The position numbers were made by a program, and so were the translations under genes. This document shows positions 55,001-64,000 of a stretch of DNA of 64,000 nt, piece by piece. Below the pieces are notes generated by a model that did not search any database, was not told the DNA's origin, and saw only the letters and a program-made list of their open reading frames with translations. Numbering within the stretch: position 1 is the first letter of the stretch; every line of letters starts with the position of its first letter. The DNA is from Prorocentrum cordatum (Eukaryota). The stretch is taken from the NCBI GenBank assembly GCA_963575745.1, contig CAUYUJ010000041.1, forward strand, positions 1-64,000, read 5' to 3'.

Positions 55001-57678
55001 TCATGCACCTTGGTCCTTGAAGTTTGGCACGCAGGCGGAATAACAATAATGCAAAGCCGACGCGACGACTTAGCGATACTTGTTTTTTGTTTCTGTTGTC
55101 CGGCATCGCCGCTATAATAATGTTATCCGCCATCTTTCTTCCACGTTTCTTTATTCATTTTCGCCATACCCTGCGCATTCCCCCCCATCCTCCTCAGCGC
55201 TTTTTTGCGGGGGTTCCTCCTTGGAGAGTCTCTGGGGGCCTCGCAAAAATTGCTTCAAGCTTTTAAAAGGTTTTCTGGAGGCCTCCTGGGCGTATTCTGG
55301 GGGCCTTTGGGGGGCTTCGTCGGGCCACGCTGCCTCCAACCGCGGTCTCCCTGAACGACCGGGTCACGTTTTGGAATGTTTCGGGTGGTGTCTTGGGGCG
55401 CCGCCGTGGGGTTTTCTGAGGCCATCTTGGACCCGTGTTGTGCTGTTTTGGGGTTCTCCTGGACGCCGTCTTGGAGCGCCGGGAAGCCGAAAAGACGAAA
55501 ACCCCACAATTCACCAAAACCAATCGAACATCGTTGATGTTTGTCTTTTTGGGTTTTTTTTTGGGAGTGCTCTTGGAGGCCTCTTTGGGGCCGTCTTGGA
55601 AACATTTTGAAGTCATGTCGGTCACTTTTGGAACGCTGTTGCGCTGTTTTTGGGGTCTCTGGGACGTTTCCGATGACCCCACTGATCGCCCTAGGCGTGC
55701 TGGGAAGGCTTGGCAAAACGTTATGCGAGGCCCGGGGGGGCGCTCCGAGGCCCGTCCGGACGGTCCCAAAGCCCCAGATCCAGGGAGTCGTTTTTTTTCG
55801 GGGGGGGTCTTCTCGCCCGGGTTTGTATATGTATATATATATATATACACATAAAAAGGTCCGACGCCCCAGCCAGCAGCGAGGGCGAGAGAAGAACGCG
55901 AAGAGCACTCGTATTGAAAATTGAGATATATGGAGAATTGCGCGCCGGGAGCGGCAGCTGAGGACGTAGACGCACCCGGCGGAGCTGAAACCGCCGACGA
56001 AAACCCGGCTAGACGAACAAAACGCATGAGCAGTTTTCGATGTTTTTTTGTTTGTGGTTTGTTTGTTTATCTTTGCTCGGTGGGACCTGGAAGCGCTCTA
56101 AATATGATGTCCAATGCGCCGAGTTTGAAACGACAAGAAAACGCCCTGGTCATATTCAAGGAGAGCCAATAAGGCCATGCGTCGCCGATCGGGGCCAGAT
56201 CGCCCTGCTCCGCCCGCGGCGGTGCGGATTGTTCATCGGGGGCACAAGCGGGCCCCCATTTATCGATCCCCCCGCCCCACTGGTAGGCTAAGGCTTCCAG
56301 GCTGCAAATTGGTCGGAGATGGATGCGGTCGGTTCGCGTTGCGTGGACTGCCGGCGCCGAATCCGGCGCGACGCGCGCCGTCCGCAGAGAAGCGATTTTG
56401 TCCGCTGTGCCACGCCGCTTGTCTGGCTGCCCTCTCTCTCGGCGTTCGTTCGTCGTGCTGCACCCGCCGGGCTTGGCCTCCGGGGCGCATTTCACCCCTT
56501 GCGTTTTTTTGTTTTGTGAACTTGCGGAGCTACCCGCGGATGTGTTGGGTCGGCGTCGGGCCCCTGAGGCGCGCGCTAGGGGGGGGGGGGGGGCTCAGCG
56601 CCGACCCAAGAAATTCGCGCGGAGCGTCGACACCGTATGTCTATGGAGCTGTTTCTTAGCAAGCTGTGCCGAGGAGAGGCCTGCCCACCCCCGATTCAGA
56701 CTGGATGTGGCCCCGTCGACCTAGCCCTTGGCGTCGCTCGGTCATGTGCACTTTTTCTCGGTGAGGACCATCGGGGAACATCTGCGGTCAGATTGCGAAG
56801 CACACGCGCACGAAATCAAACAGCGCACGGGGAATGGACATCCGAGCGACGGCGGAAGCCAGACCTCAGGCGCCGCGATTGATTCGCAGCGTGGATGCCC
56901 AGGTGTCTCGACTCCGTCCGCGGGTATGGCGTAGCATGCCGAGCGTCCCAGGGGCCAGGAAACGTAAAACAAATAGTCGGCCTTGATTCCCCACCGAGCA
57001 GGCTGGGGTTCTTAGGTTGAAAAGCAAGAGTCCGATTTGGGCGAATGGGTCCTTTGCAAAACAAGGGGTCCAAAAAATGTACGCAGCTGTTCGTGCAATC
57101 GCTCGTGCTGGATCGTGTTGGGTGCGGGCACTGCGCGTTGCATTTCGCGTCGGTTGTGCGTGAGATCGTCCACGCGCCATGAGCCAAAACACGAACAATG
57201 GAATTGTGTCACTAGTGCGACGGACCCCTCTGCCCGGAACCACACAAAACGCTCGACCCGCCTCGCGCACTCTGCATGACGCGCGCGCCAAACACGGAAC
57301 GTGCGGGTGTTCAATGGGTCTCGCGCGTCGTGCCGCCGACGAATGGCGACGGCATACCGCGGCCACCGAACCCAAATTGTGCTGGCTGGTGTTCCCTTGG
57401 CTTTAGCATCGTGCCACCGATCCTTAGCCCCATTCCCATCCCCATCATCCCGAACCCCACCACCCCACGACCCCAGCTGGCGATACATACCCCTCGAAGC
57501 CCGAAGGTCGCAGCCTATAGCCCCATCCGGGGGGGGGGATCGGCCACTGGGGCCGGGGCCGCGCTGGCGGGGATAGGGGTCGGACGAGCGATGCTCGGGG
57601 TATCCGCTTCGCGTCTCCGGGTGGTGCTGGCGAAGTCCTCACGGCCAGTCGACGACGACAACGACGACGACGACGAAG

Positions 57679-57729
<51 letters not shown>

Positions 57730-60700
57730 GCGGCGACAACGGCGACAACGACGACGACGTCGTCGACGACGACATGTTTGTACGACGGTGGATGTCCGGG
57801 CCTGTGCCGCATGGGCCCCGTCTTTGGGCTGCCGATTGTCGCGGATGGGGCAGCCGGCGCTGCTCTACCTCGTGCCGGGGACCCTCTCCGGGGGCGCCTA
57901 AGAGGGGGTTGACGGCTGGGGTCGGCGACTGCACAGGGTGTGGTTTCGCCAGCGTGTGGTTTCGGGAACATACAATGAAGTAATCAAATAAATTCGGAGG
58001 TCCGCGCGGATTCTTTTGATCGGCTCTTGTTTCCTCTCCCTTGCGCGTGGAGCACCAGGGGCGACAACGGAGGCGCCGCCAGAGAGCTCCAGCGCCGATC
58101 CACTAGATCCGCGCGGATCGCCGAGCCTGTATTTGTTTATGTCATTGCTTGTTTCCCTGTGGTTTGCGATCTGCGTCAGTTGGGGCTTCGGGGGCGCGAC
58201 GGAGAGTTATGTCGAGGTCCTCGCCCGCCCCCGCGGGTGCCGGTTGCAAGCCACAGCTTTTGCCGACCACACCCTTCGGGGGTGGTTGCCGAAGATAAGA
58301 GGCAGCATGTTCGATGTCCGTTCGTGGGCGCATTGGACGGCGACGTTGCAATCAGCTTGTCCTGCATGCAAACCACAATTTGGACCGCCCTTGACCGTTG
58401 CTCCTGCTCCTCCTCGCCCTTCCTGCTCCTCCCCCTACTCGTTCGTTTCATCTCCGCGAATCTGCTCCAAATTTGGTCCCAGATGTGTTCCAGATTTCCT
58501 CAAATCAGGCCCAGATCGGACAGCGACAGAGGCCGCGCAGGCTTCTCTTGAACGGGCACCAAAGGTTGCGGCGAAGAAGAGCATACGCCTAAATTTCCGG
58601 AGCTCCGCGCACGCTTCTTGGATCTGCGCTGCGCCCTCTTGGCGGCGCCTTGGGAGGGTCCAGGGAGGGGGTCCAGCGCAAACCCACGAAGTCCGCGCGG
58701 ACCTCCGAAATTGGATGTTCATGCAGCCTTTTGCTCACTTAGGGTGGGTATCATGGCCAAGACCATGAGGTCTCCCAGAATGTATCCGCGCACGTGCCTC
58801 GGGGCATGATGCTCTGAGCCCCCTCCTCGGCGACGAGCGAGGCGGGGATGGGAGAAGGAAAAGGCCTTCTCAGAAGGCGGCGGGGCTTCCGGCAAGCCCT
58901 CCGGCCTTCTGAGAGGGGTTTTCTGCGTCTTCGGGGAAAGGCTCAGAAGACTGTTCAGAAGGCCGGAGGACTTCCGAGCAGTCTGAGAAGGCCCGCCCCC
59001 TCTCACTGCCCCCTCTGGGCCGGCCGCCGACCTCTCTCGCTTCGCGCTTCGTGGTTTGGGGCGGCTTCAGAGCGAGGCGCGAGTCCCTCGTCCTGTTCTG
59101 GGGGGCGCGAAGAGCGCGAAGCACGAAGATACGTAGTTGCCCTAGCTTTCAGGAGGGAAAACACATAGACACGATGAGTCGTCGCTTCCTCGGAGCATGG
59201 GAAAATCAGGGAAGTGGTGGGGAAGACGAAAATCCAGGACAGATGAGTGACGATGTTTTGACCACTGTTGACTATGCTTTAGCATGTTTGTTTTTCGCCT
59301 AGAGTCCGCCTGTACTCCAAATCCTTTATTAATCGTCCCCTGGGTCCGGTTTTTCAGGCGCCTTTTCTGTAGCTGGGCGGGTCGGTTTATTAGGGCGCTT
59401 TTTTTGGATTGGAGCTCAGGGGGTCCGGTTTATTAATTAAGGCGCCCCGTCGAAGAGGGGGTCCAGAATATTAGGTCGCATTTGGAGGGTGGTCGGGTCT
59501 TTTAGGAGGGGGGTTGATTAATAAGCGATTTGGAGTAGGAGGACATGCCCGACCTAAACTTATCGGCGAAGCATCGCCGACCTAATTCGGCGGTGTGTCG
59601 CCGATGCCAGGTCGGTGCCTCTCCTGCCAGAGGCGTCCCTTGCCCACTGTGCCCCTCGGGGTTGTTCCAAGGCGCCCGGAAGCGACAGGCCAGGAACACC
59701 CTGGGCTTAAGTTTGGCATGTCTCTCGCCAGGAGGGATATTCAAGAATTGTCAAAATATCAGCCAGCGTTGACTCCAAAAAGATAGGAGGACAGGAGGAG
59801 GACGAGAGGAGGATGGGAGGATAACGAAAGATGGACGGGAGCAGAACGGGAGGAGGACGGGAGGAGCAAAAACAAGCAAGCGTAAGCAAGCAAGCGGACG
59901 CAAGCAAGCGCAAGAAAGCATAGGCATGGGCATAGGCATAGGCGTAGACATAAGTGTTAGGGGGAGACATAGGCATAGGCATAGCTATAGCCAAAGGAAT
60001 TAGAGGGGGCATCCGAATTACGGGGGGGGGCAACGGTCCAATCAGTAGGGTTTGAGTTAGGGTTCTTATAGGGCAAGCCTAGGTGGAGGACATAGTCTGG
60101 GGACGAGTTATCGTGCTCTTTGGACTTTGTTTGAACATGTTTTGGCTACTTTTCGCTTTTCCGCCAACATTCGCCTGCAGGAGGACATGCCCGACCTAAG
60201 ACTCGAGCCACTCCCCCCCCTGTCGGCTCGGCTCGGCTCACGGGGGTCTCGGGACAACTGCGGGAGGGTCGCCGACTCGCCTGGGAGGGATCTCGGCGGT
60301 TCTTTCGGGACGGTCGCGAGAAGGCTCTCGAGTGAGGCCGTTCGAGCGTCTTCTAGCGCTTCGGTGTTCCGGGACATCTCTCGTGGTCTCCCTTCCGAGG
60401 CGGGGCCTCCACAGCCTGGGATCCATCTTCGGGCATCACGCGGTGGATTTGGATATTCTCGGGCCCTTGAGGGAGGGGGCACATTTCTATGTGTGTGCAT
60501 CTATAATCTGTATATATATACACATATATATATGATAAATCCACGCGTCGCGAAATCCACTCGAACCCAAGGCCCCAGACTCCTTCCAGTGTCCATCTAG
60601 ACCCGTTTCCCGAGGCGGATCCAGCCGTGGCGGTGGGAAGCATCGCGGAGGCCCAGGGAGGACTGGACACGCCCAGGATCGGGGCGGTCGAAACGAGTGC

Positions 60701-63700
60701 GGAAAGCATGGGTGCAGTGCTCAGCAGCAGGCCCTCTTCATTCTGAACTGGACCCGCTGCCCGCGCCGCCGTGGACGCTGCTCTCTGAAGGCGAGAAGCC
60801 GCCTGCCCAACAGCGGCCGCTGTCGGGAGGAGAAGAGGCCAGGGCCGAAACGAGAACCCAACACCGGAGGTGTTGGGAAAAATACAACATCGCCAATCAG
60901 TTCACCATCGGTCGTCGAAATTAGATATTTCCAGATCTAAGTTTATTCCAGGCGCCTTCCCACTTCAAGAGTCGAGCTTTCCTCCTGCTCCTCCCTGTTC
61001 AGCGGGCGGGCGGACGCCCCGTCTACGTTCACCGCCTTCCGCCTCCGTGCTTCTACCCTTGAGTCGGGCCTGTCCCTCTACAGGAGGAACATTCAAACAT
61101 AGTACAAACATAGTCTGGGGACGAGTTGTTTTGACTATGTTGGCCCATTCGGGACACGCCCGACCTGACTCTGCCCACCTCTTCCGACCGACGGGTGCTT
61201 CTGGAGCCCCGGGCCCCGTCTTGCCGCGCCACCCCTCGAGCTCGAGCGCTCGGGGAGGGCCCCGTGGCCCGACCCCCCCCCCCCCGGGCGACCGCCGCCC
61301 CCCCCTGGCGATCGGGAGCCTCGAGACGGGGGTCCATGCAGACGCAAGGGCTCCCTCGAGGGCGCGAAGTTATTCGCGCTTCGCGCTTCGCGGTCCTCGT
61401 TCCTTCTCCCCCCTCCTCCTCGTCCTCCTTTTCTCCCTTTGGGGGGGCGGCGCGAGGGCGCGAAGTTATTCGCGCTTCGCGGAGCGCGAAGCGCGAAGTT
61501 GGGAGCCCTAGGTCCATGCAGACGGGGGTCAGCCAGAGCGCCCCCCGCTCTTGCAGGATCCTGCGGGGCCCGGGCCGCACTGACCCGGGTCTGGGCGCAG
61601 GGTCTTGCAGGAGGATCTTGCAGGAGCCTTCGCGACGATCCGTGCTGGGGTGCAGGATCTTGCAGGATTTCGAAAGGCCTGACTGACCCGGGTCTGGATT
61701 GACCCGGGTCAGAGGATCCTCGAGGCGAGAGGCGTTGAAGCACCAGGATCCCACAGGGCTCGAGCCAACCTTAAGTTGGGCCTGTCCCTCTACAAGGGGA
61801 ACATTTCAAATAATAGTCAACACAAAAAATACGGGGACATGTTTTTTGAGTATTGTTGGGCATCTTTTGAACATGTTTTGGCTATTTTTTGTTTTTCCGT
61901 CCAAAATCCCCCTGCATGGGGACAGGCCCGACCCAAAGCCAAGCCGTGCTTTGGCGATTTCGTGGACCGTCTTCGTCTTCGTACTGCTTTCGTTCTGCAC
62001 CCAGGGCGTAACGAAGGCAGCACGCGGAGAACCGAACACCTAACGAAGACGGAGCACGCTGTGGAGCTCGAGCCCAGCTCTGGCCCTCACCGGGCGACAA
62101 CGCGCCCGTTGCGAAGGGAATGGCAGCCACAGACATCTTGCCGCTCCCATTTTTTGGACGCGTGGGGGCCCAGCGGTCCAGACCAGGTCCCTGCAGGGCC
62201 CGTTCTGCGCCCTGCGTCGTGCTTGGACGGCCCCGATGCCCAGCGAGGGCCCCGGGAGGCCGAGTTACGTTGCATCTTCGGGGGACCTCGCCTGTCCCCC
62301 AAATTGGTGTCTTTTCTTGTGCCCAACGCGGGCTCGATGCGGACTCGACGCGGATTTGGCGTGGATTTGACGCGGATTCGCCACGGAGTTGACACGGATC
62401 CGACGAGTCCGACACGGATTCGACACGGATTCGACTCGGACATGGCTGCGACGGGATAGACAAGGCCCCCCGAGGATGCAACACAAGCCGAGCACGGCCC
62501 GAAACCCGCCGCTCCAAACAGTTTGGTGGAGCCTTGGACCCTGAGATCCGACACTGGACAGCAAAAGGATGCAGCCTCGCAGAAGATCACCACCGGAGCC
62601 CCGAATACCATCTTTCTGCGTCATTTTTCGAGCCGGATCGATCCGTGTGAGGGTCTTGAGGCTCGGACGGGTGGTAATGGGGGGTTGGCCCAAAGATGGG
62701 GTGAAGACAATGGCCTTAAAGGGGCCCTTTTGGGCATCAGTGGGCTCCAGAAGGGACCCTAAAGTGCCCCTTTGGGGTCCTTCTCTTCACCCCCCATTTG
62801 GGTCACCCCCATTACCACCCGCCCGAGAGGCCCGAAATGGAGCGAACAAACAACCGCTGTGAAATATTTGCCGCGCTAATGAGGATCTCAAGAGAACTAG
62901 CACGCCAGGAGAAGGAGGAGGAGAAGGAGGAGGAGGACGAGGACGAGGAGGAGGAGGAGGAGGAGGAGGAGGAGGACGGGGAGGAGTGGAGTGGAGTGGA
63001 GCAACCCACTCAATGCCCCCGCCGCCCTGGGCCAACCGTGAGGACCATCACGGCTGGAGTCGGCACGAGCTCGCATAGGAGTCTTACCGCGGCGAAACGC
63101 TCAAAAGGCGACGCGCGCCATTTAAGGCAGCAGCGCCGCGAAGCGCGGCAGACGCGCGAAAAAGGCTGGAGACGTACCCGACACGCGCGCCAGGGGCGCC
63201 ACGTGCGCCAGGAGGCAGCAGCTAAGCCGGTAAGCCGCTCTACAAGCGCGTTCTGACATTTCGAGGCCTCCGATAACGACACGCCGCGCGTGCCGCCCCG
63301 ATTAGCCACCCGAGGGGCACTGCTCCCTCGGGGACGGCCCGCCCCCACGCACGCCACGGTGGGGGACCGTGACCGTGGGAAGAATGGACGGGGATCCTCC
63401 GATTAGCCCCCCCCGCATAGAGAACCCGCGACACCACCCTTGCCCCAGCGGAGTACTGGGAGGGCCACGCAAGGGTGTCGCATCAAAACGTTGCAGAGCC
63501 ACAACCCAGGCACGGAACACGGAAGGAAAAGCCGTGCATTGAAGCCCTGGACTGCCCCCGCCCGCCACAAGGACGAGTCGGGCACAGCCCCGAGACCCCA
63601 GGCGCGACCCTTCCCCCGTGGCGCAGGCTGGGACGGCCTAGGACTACCTTTTTCTCTTCCCCAGGGTCCCGAAGGAGCACCTGGGGTGACGAACGGGAGT

Positions 63701-64000
63701 CAACCCGCTTGTTTGCCTGGGGAGGGATCGCAGTGGCACATGTGCCGCAGGACGAGGAGGAGGAAGGGAAGGAGGAGGATGAGGAGGAGGAGGACGGGAA
63801 GGAGGAGGAGGAGGAGGAGGAGGAGGAGGAGGAGGAGGAGGAGGAGGAGGAGGAGGAAGGGGAGGAGGAGGAGGAGGACGAGGAGGAGGAGGAGGAGGAG
63901 GAGAAGGACGAGGAGGACGAGGAGGAGGAGGAGGAGGAGGAGGAGGCCTCCGGTCCTCGCGCCCCTCTGACGGCGCACCCGGCCCTCGGGACCACGTGGG

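Overview
Eukaryotic, GC-rich, repeat-dense DNA. GA/GC splice donors, AG|G acceptors and long (GGA/CCT)n and (CTA)n tracts point to a dinoflagellate (inference). The backbone is one + strand host gene, a PA-domain signal-peptide-peptidase-like (SPPL, A22B GxGD) protease, with about 10 small exons over 515-51770. Its introns hold two large inserts. (1) An 18.15-kb terminal-inverted-repeat (TIR) element at 3834-21984. It has 26-bp TIRs, AT-rich subterminal arrays, a decayed CMC/EnSpm/Plavaka-like transposase and about six co-oriented cargo genes. The cargo includes a ParB-like + SET-like protein, an AP2-like protein and a Lys-rich 4-Cys finger protein. The element is saturated with GCTGCAGC-centred palindromes (26 perfect GCGCTGCAGCGC copies counted by hand, none noticed outside) and has a hairpin array near its midpoint. 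(2) A decayed 6.2-kb LINE (APE-RT-RNase H) at 39987-46166 with a 15-bp target-site duplication (TSD). The rest is MITE-like repeats, minisatellites and microsatellites. All domain calls are by-eye motif recognition, not database searches, and several exon boundaries are approximate.
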